A stretch of DNA of 64,000 bases, from NCBI GenBank assembly GCA_017556145.1, contig JAFZCU010000045.1, positions 7,270 through 71,269 of the forward strand, given 5' to 3'. The notes under the pieces were generated by a model that saw only the letters and a program-made list of their open reading frames with translations, searched no databases and had not been told where the DNA came from. This document shows, piece by piece, positions 39,590 through 49,191 of the stretch (position 1 is the stretch's first letter; each line of letters starts with the position of its first letter). The stretch is from Prevotella sp. (lineage in GTDB: Bacteria > Bacteroidota > Bacteroidia > Bacteroidales > Bacteroidaceae). Position numbers and translations under genes: made by a program.

Positions 39590-40270
39590 ATGAAACAGAT
39601 GAGGCTATTGATAGTGGCAGCGGTGGTGCTCCTGATGGTGGGATGCCTGCAGGACAAAGTCGGAGGCGTCAAGGTGTATACGGAACCTTCGGCAGAACTG
39701 TATTCGATCTCTGATCAGGTGGGCATGTTCCTGTTTCATGCCAGCGGACCGTGGAAGGCCACCTGCTCTGAACCCTGGCTGCAAGTGATGAAGGAGTCGG
39801 GGCCTGGTGGTACTGACACGCTCAAGGTGATGACCACGGAGAAGAACCTCACAGGTGAGGCGCGCAGGGCAATCGTCAAGCTGGAGGCTGATGGAGAGGT
39901 GTGTACCGTCGACATCAAGCAGCGTGACGAATATGCCGAGTTCGACCAGGATCAGTTCAGCATTGGTGCAGAAGGCGGTATGCTGGAGGTGACTTTCAGG
40001 ACGAATGCTTCGGACAGTCTGCAACTCTATGTAACGGGCAGTCTGGCGCAATACCTGGAGGATACACGGAAGAAGGATTCATCGAGTACAACCCGTGCTG
40101 AGGCCAGGGGCAAACTGAACTGGCTGCGTGTGTTGCCGAATACCGACACCATCTCGCGTAATGGCTTTTTTTATCTCGCCATTGGTGTCGGCAATGACTA
40201 TCACATCTGTCTCGACACCCTGATATTCCATCAGGATGGCTACAAGCCAGATTCTCTGGAGAATCAATAA
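39590..40270 (+). CDS. BACON-domain lipoprotein
   Basis: Lipobox MVGC; W.A...PWL.V....G.G......V..N.TG..R...V......V.IKQ pattern. Start moved to ATG 39590. Confidence 0.7.
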   Translation: MKQMRLLIVAAVVLLMVGCLQDKVGGVKVYTEPSAELYSISDQVGMFLFHASGPWKATCSEPWLQVMKESGPGGTDTLKVMTTEKNLTGEARRAIVKLEADGEVCTVDIKQRDEYAEFDQDQFSIGAEGGMLEVTFRTNASDSLQLYVTGSLAQYLEDTRKKDSSSTTRAEARGKLNWLRVLPNTDTISRNGFFYLAIGVGNDYHICLDTLIFHQDGYKPDSLENQ

Positions 40271-40277
40271 ATACCGG

Positions 40278-40730
40278 TTATCTTCGCTGCTTGAAGAAGT
40301 CCTGCATCAGTTGGCGGCATTCTTCTTCCAAGACGCCTCCCACAACGGTGGCTTTGGGATGCATGGCCCTGGGCGCAAACTCATGATAGCCCCGTTTCTC
40401 GTCGAGACAGCCGTAGACGATGCGGGGTATCTGTGCCCAGCCGATGGCGCCGGCACACATCACGCAGGGTTCGACGGTGACGTAGAGTGTGCAGTCGGTG
40501 AGATATTTGCCGCCGAGAAGGTTGGCTGCCGAGGTGATGGCCTGCATCTCAGCATGAGCCGTCACGTCGCAGAGCGTTTCCGTGAGGTTGTGGCTGCGGG
40601 CGATGATGCGGTCCTTGCACACCACGACGGCACCGATGGGTATCTCACCTTCCTTATAGGCCATACGGGCCTCGTCGAGCGCCCGTTGCATGTAGAATTC
40701 GTCTTTTTTCTGTTGTTCTTGCTCAATCAT
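40278..40730 (-). CDS. tadA: tRNA-specific adenosine deaminase
   Basis: AHAEMQAI and LYVTVEPCVMCAGA zinc motifs. Confidence 0.92.
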   Translation of the reverse strand: MIEQEQQKKDEFYMQRALDEARMAYKEGEIPIGAVVVCKDRIIARSHNLTETLCDVTAHAEMQAITSAANLLGGKYLTDCTLYVTVEPCVMCAGAIGWAQIPRIVYGCLDEKRGYHEFAPRAMHPKATVVGGVLEEECRQLMQDFFKQRR

Positions 40731-40751
40731 GCTGCAAAGATACGAAAAAAA

Positions 40752-40779
40752 TGATAATTGATAATTGATAATTGATAAT
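40752..40779 (+). repeat. Heptamer tandem repeat (TGATAAT) x4
   Basis: Four perfect units between the divergent tadA and birA promoters. Confidence 0.85.
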
Positions 40780-40804
40780 TATTTCGTATTTTTGCAAACG
40801 GATT

Positions 40805-41533
40805 ATGGATTTTAAGATTGTTCATATCGACGAGACCGACTCTACCAACCGCTGGCTTAAGGATTATCCTCTCCCGCTGTCAGCGGGAGAGGATGTAGTC
40901 GTTGTGGCGGATTACCAGACAGCAGGAAAGGGTTGCGGAAGCAACTCATGGGAGAGCGAGCGTGGCAAGAACCTGACGTTCTCGATGCTGATTCATCCAG
41001 AGGGGATTCCTGCGAATGAGCAATTCAGGATTACGGAGGTTGTATCGGCAGCCCTCTGTGAGACGCTGGAGCCCTATATTAAGAAGAAGGTGCAGATAAA
41101 ATGGCCGAACGACGTCTATGTGGGCGACCGGAAGATCTGCGGCATCCTGATAGAGAACCGTCTGCAAGGCTCTGTAATCAAGGACTCGATCATCGGCATC
41201 GGACTGAATGTGAATCAGCGCGTGTTTCTGAGCGATGCGCCTAACCCGGTATCTCTGTATCAGCTGACGGGGCAGGAGACCGACCTTGAGGTGTTGCTAA
41301 GCCAATTCCTCGCTGCCTTTGGGCGCGTGGCTGCGAGCCAGACCATTGCTCGTGACTACCGGGCAAGGCTCTACCGGAAAGGTATGCCTGCACTCTACGA
41401 GGATCAGACGGGACGCTTTCGGGCGACGCTCACGGATGTGCTCAGCGACGGAAGGCTTGTGCTACTCGACGAAACGAGCCAGCGGCGCACTTATGCTTTT
41501 AAGGAAGTGCAGTTTATAGTTTATAGTTTATAG
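40805..41533 (+). CDS. birA: Biotin--protein ligase (no HTH domain)
   Basis: DSTN, QTAGKG...WES, IKWPND, KICGILIE, GIGLNVN motifs. Start moved to ATG 40805. Confidence 0.93.
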   Translation: MDFKIVHIDETDSTNRWLKDYPLPLSAGEDVVVVADYQTAGKGCGSNSWESERGKNLTFSMLIHPEGIPANEQFRITEVVSAALCETLEPYIKKKVQIKWPNDVYVGDRKICGILIENRLQGSVIKDSIIGIGLNVNQRVFLSDAPNPVSLYQLTGQETDLEVLLSQFLAAFGRVAASQTIARDYRARLYRKGMPALYEDQTGRFRATLTDVLSDGRLVLLDETSQRRTYAFKEVQFIVYSL

Positions 41534-41594
41534 TTTAGAGTTTACAGTTTATAGTTTAGAGTTTATAGTTTAGGGTTTATAGTTTAGAGTTTAC
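41511..41594 (+). repeat. Heptamer tandem repeat (AGTTTAN) x12 across the birA-pyrH junction
   Basis: Twelve units; supplies the birA stop codon and ends 5 nt before the pyrH ATG. Confidence 0.92.
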
Positions 41595-41599
41595 AGATT

Positions 41600-42310
41600 A
41601 TGGCAAGATTTAAGCGAATTCTATTGAAGTTATCGGGCGAGAGCCTGATGGGCAAGCAGGGTCACGGTATTGACCCTGAGCGTCTGGGCGATTATGCGCG
41701 TCAGATTAGGGAAGTGGCAGAGATGGGTGTCCAGATTGGTATTGTGATCGGCGGCGGTAACATTTTCCGTGGCCTGAGTGGTGCCAAGAAGGGTTTCGAC
41801 CGTGTGAAGGGCGACCAGATGGGCATGTGTGCCACCGTGATCAACTCGTTGGCGCTGAGCAGTGCCCTCGATGCAGAAGGGGTGAAGAACAAGGTGCTGA
41901 CGGCCATCCGTATGGAGCCCATCGGTGAGTTCTACAGCAAGTGGAAGGCCATCGAGGCGATGGAGGCCGGTTATGTGTGCATCTTCTCAGCAGGCACGGG
42001 CCAGCCTTATTTCACCACCGACACGGGTAGCAGCCTGCGTGGAGTGGAGATCGAGGCCGACGTGATGCTGAAGGGCACGCGTGTGGATGGTGTCTATACC
42101 GCTGACCCCGAGAAGGATCCCACGGCAACGAAGTTTGAGGATATTACGTATCAGGAGGTGCTGGAGCGCGGTCTGAAGGTGATGGATCTCTCGGCGGTCT
42201 GCATGTGTCAGGACAACAACCTGCCTATCTACGTGTTCAATATGGACGTAGTGGGTAATCTGAAAAAGGTGATGGACGGTGAGCAGATCGGCACGCTCGT
42301 GCATCCTTAG
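41600..42310 (+). CDS. pyrH: UMP kinase
   Basis: LLKLSGESL, GGGNIFRG, DQMGMCAT, FTTD, VDGVYTADP motifs. Confidence 0.97.
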   Translation: MARFKRILLKLSGESLMGKQGHGIDPERLGDYARQIREVAEMGVQIGIVIGGGNIFRGLSGAKKGFDRVKGDQMGMCATVINSLALSSALDAEGVKNKVLTAIRMEPIGEFYSKWKAIEAMEAGYVCIFSAGTGQPYFTTDTGSSLRGVEIEADVMLKGTRVDGVYTADPEKDPTATKFEDITYQEVLERGLKVMDLSAVCMCQDNNLPIYVFNMDVVGNLKKVMDGEQIGTLVHP

Positions 42311-42330
42311 GCCTGCCTGCGGCGAGTCCG

Positions 42331-42708
42331 CTAATCGTGGACCTCTTCGAATTCGACGTATTCGCCATCGTCGTGGTTGAAGATCTTCTTGTCGGCCTCG
42401 CGCTCGTCGATAATCGTTACACCACTGCTCGTAGTTGTTCTGCGGGCAGTTTTCTTGTCTGCCTGCTGCTGGCCTTTCTGCTGCTTCTGCTGACGTTGCT
42501 GCTTCGGGCCGTCGCTGCTCTTGAAGTAGTCGTCGCCAAAGGGATTCTTCTCTTTTTGCTCCTTCCGTTTCTGGTGCAGTTCGAACTGGTCTTCAACAGT
42601 ATTGCGCATCTGACGGATGCTTTTGTAGGTGAAGTTGATGATTACCAGAATGATAATGGCTAAGGCTATCAAACCGAAGACGATGGCGCCGATGATGAAT
42701 TTCAACAT
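42331..42708 (-). CDS. Small membrane-anchored protein (DUF4834-like)
   Basis: N-terminal TM; C-terminal KKIF..DDGEYVEFEE motif. Confidence 0.7.
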   Translation of the reverse strand: MLKFIIGAIVFGLIALAIIILVIINFTYKSIRQMRNTVEDQFELHQKRKEQKEKNPFGDDYFKSSDGPKQQRQQKQQKGQQQADKKTARRTTTSSGVTIIDEREADKKIFNHDDGEYVEFEEVHD

Positions 42709-42717
42709 AATAGGTTA

Positions 42718-43404
42718 TTAGTTTGTTTTGATTTTCTTGGTAGTTATGACTGACAGAACGACGTACCATGCAATGATGGCTGCAAGTCCGCTTACTCCCA
42801 TGAGGAGCAGCAGCGGTATGCACGAGAGGATGAAAATGTATTTGATCTCATTGCCCTTCCAGCCCCAGGTCTTGAACTTCAGGGCGAACATAGGTATCTC
42901 GGCAATGAGCAGATAGCAACTAATAAATGTGCCACAAAGAATGATCCATTCTGCGTAGGGAATGGTGGAGATGGTGTCGCCCAAACCTACAATCAGCGAA
43001 CCCCAGAATAGCGCATTGGCAGGGGTGGGGAGTCCGATGAATCCCAATGCCTGTCGCTCGTCGAGGTTGAACTTCGCCAGCCTCAGGGCAGAGAAAGCTG
43101 CCATGATGAAGGCGAGGAAGGGTATGATTGGCAGGTGGATGTGGAAGGTGCTGAGATAGCTGAACACAATGGCTGAGGGGGCAAAGCCGAATGTGATATC
43201 GTCGGCCAGCGAATCGAGTTCCTTGCCGATAGGGGAGGACACGTGCAACAGACGGGCCACCATACCGTCGAAGAAGTCGAATACCGCACCGATTACGATA
43301 AAGAGCAGCGCCATGTAGGCAATGCCCATAAAGGCCCAATAAGTGGCAATGCAACCCGAGATCAGGTTCAGACACGTAATCGTATTTGGTATATGTTTTT
43401 TCAT
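42718..43404 (-). CDS. pssA: CDP-diacylglycerol--serine O-phosphatidyltransferase
   Basis: [43 protein letters not shown] motifs. Start moved to ATG 43404. Confidence 0.92.
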   Translation of the reverse strand: MKKHIPNTITCLNLISGCIATYWAFMGIAYMALLFIVIGAVFDFFDGMVARLLHVSSPIGKELDSLADDITFGFAPSAIVFSYLSTFHIHLPIIPFLAFIMAAFSALRLAKFNLDERQALGFIGLPTPANALFWGSLIVGLGDTISTIPYAEWIILCGTFISCYLLIAEIPMFALKFKTWGWKGNEIKYIFILSCIPLLLLMGVSGLAAIIAWYVVLSVITTKKIKTN

Positions 43405-44090
43405 TTCATCTTCGCAATGACGGTTTGGTCGCCGGTCGTGGGCTGTCCGATGGTGACAGTGGCCTTGGCGGTCAGAGGTAGGAAGACATCTACACGGGAG
43501 CCGAGTTTGATGAAGCCCAGATGCTCGTCGATATAACACTCCTCACCCTCCTTGGCGTAGGTCACGATGCGACGGGCCAGGGCACCTGCAATCTGGCGCA
43601 CCAGCACATCTTCACCGTCGGGCGTGGTGATCATGATGTCGGCATGCTCATTCTCCTCGCTGGCCTTGGGAAGCCAGGCCTTGTGGTAATTGCCGTTCTG
43701 ATGGTGTACGAACTTCACCTTGCCGTCGATGGGGAACCAGTTGGCATGCACGTTCAGCGGACTCATGAAGATGGAAATCATCAGTCGCTTGTCGTGGAAG
43801 TACTCGTTCTCCTCGGCTTCCTCCACCACCACAATCTTTCCGTCGGCAGGAGCCACCACCAGCTTCTCCGTATCCCCATTGAAATAACGGATAGGACAGC
43901 GATAGAAATTCAGGGCCATGCACCAGGCCGTGCCGAAGATGACGATGAAGATCCAGAAGGGTATCGTGGTGCTGAATGAATACCAGAGCAGATAGGCGAT
44001 GCCGACGATGGCCAGCGCACTCCATGTTAGTTCGTGGGTGCCCTCACGGTGAATCCTGATTTTCTTCAGTTTCTTGATTCTTTCTCCCAT
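43401..44090 (-). CDS. psd: Phosphatidylserine decarboxylase proenzyme
   Basis: [29 protein letters not shown] (self-cleavage site). Confidence 0.93.
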   Translation of the reverse strand: MGERIKKLKKIRIHREGTHELTWSALAIVGIAYLLWYSFSTTIPFWIFIVIFGTAWCMALNFYRCPIRYFNGDTEKLVVAPADGKIVVVEEAEENEYFHDKRLMISIFMSPLNVHANWFPIDGKVKFVHHQNGNYHKAWLPKASEENEHADIMITTPDGEDVLVRQIAGALARRIVTYAKEGEECYIDEHLGFIKLGSRVDVFLPLTAKATVTIGQPTTGDQTVIAKMK

Positions 44091-44233
44091 TAATTAATCA
44101 GGTGTCGTTATTATTTTGGTGCAAAGGTACATCTTTTTTACGTAAGAAGCAAATTTTTCTGCCATTTCTTTTGGTGTTCTCAAGATTTAGCCGTATCTTT
44201 GCCATCTGCCAATAGGGCTTTTTTATTGTAAAT

Positions 44234-47200
44234 ATGGAAGATTTCATACATCTGCACGTACATACCTATTATTCAATTCTCGATGGACAGTCGAGTATTC
44301 AAAGGCTTGTAGACAAGGCTGTTAAGGACGGCATGCGAGGCATGGCGATTACCGATCACGGCGACATGTTCGGTATTAAAGAATTTCACGACATTTGCAA
44401 TGACGTGAACAAGAAGCGCAAGAAAGAGGGCCTCGAGCCCTTCAAGCCGATCTTCGGTTGCGAGATGTATGTGGCCCGTCGCGGTGACAAGAGCCTGAAA
44501 GAGTCGAAGGACGACCTTGGCGGCTACCACCTCATCGTGCTGGCGAAGAATGCCAACGGCTATAAGAACCTCATCAAACTGGTCAGCGACGCCTGGGTCG
44601 ACGGCTTCTATAACCGTCCGCGTACAGATCGTATGGAACTCGAGAAGTACCATGAGGATCTGATTGTCTGCTCTGCCTGTATTGCCGGTGAGGTGCCTGC
44701 GAAGATCCTGAAAGGCGATATTGCCGGTGCCCGCGAGGCCATCGAGTGGCACAAGCGCCTCTGGGGTGACGACTACTATCTGGAGCTGCAGCGCCACGAG
44801 GTGACCGATCCCCTGCAGAAGGCCAATCGTGAGACCTTCCCCATGCAGCAGCAGGCTAACAAGGTGCTGATAGAGCTGGCCCGGGAATACGGCATCAAAC
44901 TGGTGTGTACCAATGATGCCCACTTTGTGGACAAGGAGAATGCCGAGGCCCACGACCATCTGCTCTGTCTCTCTACGGGCAAGGACCTTGACGACCCCAC
45001 CCGCATGCTCTACTCCAAGCAGGAGTGGTTTAAGACGCGCCAGGAGATGAACGATATCTTCAGCGACGTGCCCGAGGCCTTGACGAACACCCTTGAGATC
45101 TTGGATAAGGTGGAGATGTATAGTCTCGACAACGACCCCATCATGCCTTTCTTCCCCATACCCGAGTCGTTTGGAACAGAGGAGGCGTGGCGTCAGAAAT
45201 TCACGGAGCAGCAGCTCTACGATGAGTTCACCACCGACGAGAATGGCGAGAACCCGCTCCCACCGGAAGAGGGTGAGAAGAAAATCAAGAAGCTGGGCGG
45301 CTACGACAAGCTCTATCGCATCAAGTTCGAGGCTGACTATCTGGCTGAATTGGCTTTTAAGGGTGCCCACCGTATCTATGGCGATCCCCTCTCCAAAGAG
45401 GTTGACGATCGCATCCGCTTCGAACTGCATATCATGAAGACGATGGGTTTCCCAGGTTACTTCCTCATTGTACAGGACTTCATCAACTCCGCCCGCGATG
45501 AGTTAGGCGTGATGGTGGGACCTGGCCGTGGCTCCGCAGCAGGCAGCGTGGTGGCCTATTGCTTAGGTATCACGAAGATCGACCCCTTGAAGTACGACCT
45601 GCTGTTTGAGCGTTTCCTCAACCCCGACCGTATCTCGCTCCCTGATATCGATACCGACTTCGATGACGACGGGCGCGGCAAGGTGCTCAAATGGGTGGAA
45701 GATAAGTACGGACATGAGAACTGTGCCCATATCATCACCTATGCCACGATGGCCACCAAAAACTCCATCAAGGATGTGGCCCGTGTCGAGAAGGTGCCTC
45801 TGAGCATCTCCAACGCTCTTTGCAAGGCTATTCCAGACCGTCTGCCCGACGGGCCTGACGGCAAGGCCACGAAGATGAACCTCCCCAATGCCATCAAGTA
45901 TGTGGCTGAGCTGCGCGAGGCGGAGGCTTCTTCCGACAAGGCCCTTGCCAATACCATCAAATATGCCAAGATGCTCGAAGGCACGGTGCGAGGCACGGGC
46001 ATCCATGCCTGTGGCTTCATCATCTGCCGTGACCCCATCAGCAATCACGTGCCCGTATCGACAGCCGACGACCCCGACTTCAAGGGCACCAAGACCAATT
46101 GCACGCAGTATGATGGTCACGTGATCGAGTCGACAGGTCTCATCAAGATGGACTTCTTGGGACTGAAGACCCTTTCGGAGCTGAAGGAGGCCTGTGCCAA
46201 TATCAAACGTACACGGGGCATCGACATCGACCTCGACAATATTCCCATCGACGATGCCAAGACTTATGAACTCTATCAGCAGGGACGCACCGTCGGCACT
46301 TTCCAGTTTGAGTCGCAGGGCATGCAGAAATACCTGCGCGAACTGAAACCCACCGTCTTCGAGGACCTCATTGCCATGAACGCCCTCTACCGACCCGGTC
46401 CTATGGGCTATATCCCGCAGTTCATCCGTCGTAAGCATGGTGACGAACAAATCACCTACGATATTCCCATCATGGAGAAATACCTGAAAGATACCTATGG
46501 CATCACGGTGTATCAAGAGCAGGTGATGTTGCTGTCACGTCTGTTGGCCGACTTCACCCGTGGTGAGAGCGATGCCCTCCGTAAGGCCATGGGTAAGAAG
46601 AAAAAGGATATCGTTGATGCCATGAAACCTAAGTTCATCGAGGGTGGCAAGAAGAACGGTCACGATCCGAAGGTGCTTGAAAAGATCTGGGCCGACTGGG
46701 AAGCCTTCGCCTCCTACGCCTTCAATAAGTCGCACGCTGCCTGCTATTCGTGGGTGGCTTATCAGACGGCCTATCTCAAGGCCAACTATCCTGCTGAGTT
46801 CATGGCGGCCATCATGAGCCGTCGCCGTGATCAGATCACGGAAATCACCAAACTCATGGATGAGTGCAAGGCGATGGGCATCGCCACCTTAGGGCCTGAT
46901 GTCAACGAGTCGTATGAGAAGTTCGGTGTGAACCATCATGGTGAGATCCGCTTCGGCTTAGGTGCCATCAAGGGCATGGGCGACTCTGCGGCCCTCGCCA
47001 TCATCGAGGAGCGCGAGAAGAACGGCCCCTACAAGAGCATCTACGACTTCGCCCAGCGTGTCAGCTTCTCATCTGTCAACCGCAAGGCTTACGAAAGTCT
47101 TGCGCTGAGTGGCGGCTTCGACAGCTTCGGCATCCGTCGTGAGGACTATTTCGCCACCAATCACAAAGGTGAGATGTTCCTCGACACGCTCGTGCGCTAC

Positions 47201-47977
47201 GGACAGACCTACCAGCAGGAGAAGGCTGAGATGCAGAACTCCCTCTTCGGGATGTTCGGCGACGGCGTTGAGATAGCCCAGCCGCCTGTGCCTAAGAATG
47301 AGGTGCGCTGGAGCGACATCGAGCGCCTGAACAAGGAGCGTGACCTCGTGGGAATCTATCTCTCCGCCCATCCGCTCAACGAGTTTAAGATTGTGATCGA
47401 CAACCTGTGCAACCTCAGTTGTCCGGAACTGATGGATATCGGCAACGTCACCGATCGTGACGAGGTGGCGCTGGGAGGCATCGTCACAGCCGTCAGGACG
47501 GGCTTCACCAAGAACGGCAAACCTTTCGGCATCGTCACCCTCGAGGACTTCGACGGCTCTGGCGAACTGCCTCTCTTCGCAGAGAACTGGGGGCAGCACA
47601 GTGGCATGTTCTCCATCGGTGCCTCTGTCTATGTGGTGGGCAACATCCGCCCGCGCTATCAGTACAAACCTGATAGTCCCAAGGAATTGAAGGTGAACCG
47701 TGTGGAATACCTGCAGACGGTCAAGGAGAATGCCATAGAGCGTATCACCATCTCCCTTGTCACCGACCCCGAACTGCTCGACGAACAGATTGTGGCAGAA
47801 CTCAACGAACTGATTGCTGAGAATCCTGGCAAGACCAAGTTGTTTTTCCAGTTGCGCGATTCCTTAGGTAAGAACCATGTGTTGCTGCGATCTCCCAACA
47901 GAGGGGTCGATGTGCGTCACGCCCTGATCGACTACATCGAGAGTCATCCCAATGTAATGGATTATAAAATCAATTAA
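44234..47977 (+). CDS. dnaE: DNA polymerase III alpha subunit
   Basis: HLHVHTYYSILDG PHP domain, GRGSAAGS, PDIDTDF, KMDFLGL, YAFNKSH motifs. Confidence 0.98.
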   Translation: MEDFIHLHVHTYYSILDGQSSIQRLVDKAVKDGMRGMAITDHGDMFGIKEFHDICNDVNKKRKKEGLEPFKPIFGCEMYVARRGDKSLKESKDDLGGYHLIVLAKNANGYKNLIKLVSDAWVDGFYNRPRTDRMELEKYHEDLIVCSACIAGEVPAKILKGDIAGAREAIEWHKRLWGDDYYLELQRHEVTDPLQKANRETFPMQQQANKVLIELAREYGIKLVCTNDAHFVDKENAEAHDHLLCLSTGKDLDDPTRMLYSKQEWFKTRQEMNDIFSDVPEALTNTLEILDKVEMYSLDNDPIMPFFPIPESFGTEEAWRQKFTEQQLYDEFTTDENGENPLPPEEGEKKIKKLGGYDKLYRIKFEADYLAELAFKGAHRIYGDPLSKEVDDRIRFELHIMKTMGFPGYFLIVQDFINSARDELGVMVGPGRGSAAGSVVAYCLGITKIDPLKYDLLFERFLNPDRISLPDIDTDFDDDGRGKVLKWVEDKYGHENCAHIITYATMATKNSIKDVARVEKVPLSISNALCKAIPDRLPDGPDGKATKMNLPNAIKYVAELREAEASSDKALANTIKYAKMLEGTVRGTGIHACGFIICRDPISNHVPVSTADDPDFKGTKTNCTQYDGHVIESTGLIKMDFLGLKTLSELKEACANIKRTRGIDIDLDNIPIDDAKTYELYQQGRTVGTFQFESQGMQKYLRELKPTVFEDLIAMNALYRPGPMGYIPQFIRRKHGDEQITYDIPIMEKYLKDTYGITVYQEQVMLLSRLLADFTRGESDALRKAMGKKKKDIVDAMKPKFIEGGKKNGHDPKVLEKIWADWEAFASYAFNKSHAACYSWVAYQTAYLKANYPAEFMAAIMSRRRDQITEITKLMDECKAMGIATLGPDVNESYEKFGVNHHGEIRFGLGAIKGMGDSAALAIIEEREKNGPYKSIYDFAQRVSFSSVNRKAYESLALSGGFDSFGIRREDYFATNHKGEMFLDTLVRYGQTYQQEKAEMQNSLFGMFGDGVEIAQPPVPKNEVRWSDIERLNKERDLVGIYLSAHPLNEFKIVIDNLCNLSCPELMDIGNVTDRDEVALGGIVTAVRTGFTKNGKPFGIVTLEDFDGSGELPLFAENWGQHSGMFSIGASVYVVGNIRPRYQYKPDSPKELKVNRVEYLQTVKENAIERITISLVTDPELLDEQIVAELNELIAENPGKTKLFFQLRDSLGKNHVLLRSPNRGVDVRHALIDYIESHPNVMDYKIN

Positions 47978-48010
47978 ACATTAATATTCACCTATTAAAA
48001 GCAAATCATT

Positions 48011-48325
48011 ATGGAAGTAACAGTTTCAAGTGAGAATTTCGAGAGCCTGAAGAATGGCAATTTGCCGTTAGTGGTTGATTTCTGGGCTACCTGGTGCGGA
48101 CCATGCCGTATGGTCAGTCCTATCATTTCGAAGTTGGCAGAGAGGTACGATGGCAAGATCGTCGTTGGCAAGTGCGACGTTGAGGAAAACGAAGAGCTGG
48201 CCACTGCGTTTGGCATTCGTAATATCCCTACCATCCTCTTCTTCAAGGGTGGCGAGATTGTCGAGAAGATAGTCGGCGCTCAGAGCGAGGGTAAGTTAGA
48301 CGAAAAGTTCCAGTCACTCCTGTAA
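48011..48325 (+). CDS. trxA: Thioredoxin
   Basis: WCGPC motif, 104 aa. Confidence 0.96.
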   Translation: MEVTVSSENFESLKNGNLPLVVDFWATWCGPCRMVSPIISKLAERYDGKIVVGKCDVEENEELATAFGIRNIPTILFFKGGEIVEKIVGAQSEGKLDEKFQSLL

Positions 48326-48328
48326 GCA

Positions 48329-48649
48329 ATGGCAAGCCTCGAAGAAGAACTCCGTCTCGACGAGGAGGAGAACAGAAGGGAACTGGCGTTCATCCGTGAG
48401 CGGATACCCTTTGATGCGAAGAAGCATTACAGCAATGAGACCATCCTGTATATGATGGACTTGATAGTAGACTACTACTATACGAGTGGCATTCTGGAGA
48501 GCGATGATGATGAGGTCGACATCGACCTTGAGGCCGTGACCGACTATGTCTGCAAGAGGGCCAAGGAAGAGGGTGTCAACAACTTCGATCCGGAATATGT
48601 GCTCTTCGTTGTACAGGCCGACCTCGATTTTCAGGAGCAGAACCTGTGA
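48329..48649 (+). CDS. Acidic hypothetical protein
   Basis: 106-aa ORF starting 3 nt after the trxA stop, with typical codon usage. Confidence 0.7.
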   Translation: MASLEEELRLDEEENRRELAFIRERIPFDAKKHYSNETILYMMDLIVDYYYTSGILESDDDEVDIDLEAVTDYVCKRAKEEGVNNFDPEYVLFVVQADLDFQEQNL

Positions 48650-48657
48650 TTATTTTG

Positions 48658-48741
48658 ACAACGGATTATACGGATTGAACGGATTTTTTAGCTACTGATA
48701 ATCAGTATTGTTTAATCCGTGAAATCCGTGTAATCTGTTGT
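48658..48741. repeat. Intergenic hairpin with 9-mer (ACGGATT-containing) repeat arms
   Basis: Arms 48658-48685 and 48714-48741 are complementary at 24/28; inner hairpin tactgat-a-atcagta. Confidence 0.8.
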
Positions 48742-48760
48742 TTGCAATTATTCGTTGTTT

Positions 48761-49174
48761 TTAGAAGCTGACGGTTCGTGAGCCGTCGGCATTCTCGGTG
48801 ATGCTCACTTTCACGGCATCTTCTGGCAGAACCTCTTCTATCAGCTCCGGCCATTCTATCAGGCAGAGGGCGCCTGAGTAGAAATAGTCTTCAAAGCCCA
48901 TGTCGTAGACCTCCTCCAACTTCTTGATGCGATAGAAGTCGAAGTGGAAGATGCTATCAGACGTGAGAGAATACTCGTTGACGATGGCGAAGGTGGGTGA
49001 GGTGATGACATCGTTCACGCCCAGCTCCTCACAGATGGCCTTGATGAATGTGGTCTTGCCGGCTCCCATCTTACCGTAGAAGGCAAACACGGTATGGTCG
49101 CCGATATGCTCGACAAACACCTTTGCAGCCTCATTTATATGCTCTAAATCCTGTATCTTAATTTCCATAACCAT
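48761..49174 (-). CDS. tsaE: tRNA threonylcarbamoyladenosine biosynthesis ATPase
   Basis: GKMGAGKTT, SPTFAIVNEY, HFDFYR, IEWPE motifs. Confidence 0.95.
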   Translation of the reverse strand: MVMEIKIQDLEHINEAAKVFVEHIGDHTVFAFYGKMGAGKTTFIKAICEELGVNDVITSPTFAIVNEYSLTSDSIFHFDFYRIKKLEEVYDMGFEDYFYSGALCLIEWPELIEEVLPEDAVKVSITENADGSRTVSF

Positions 49175-49191
49175 TCACTTTTCACTATTCA

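Noticed and set aside
41511-41594. Tandem arrays as a CRISPR array
   Set aside because: Units are 7 bp with no unique spacers. No 28-47-bp repeats or cas genes were seen in the window.
44234-47977. Intein or unusual insertion in dnaE
   Set aside because: No intein terminal motifs or LAGLIDADG blocks; the length is typical for Bacteroidales.
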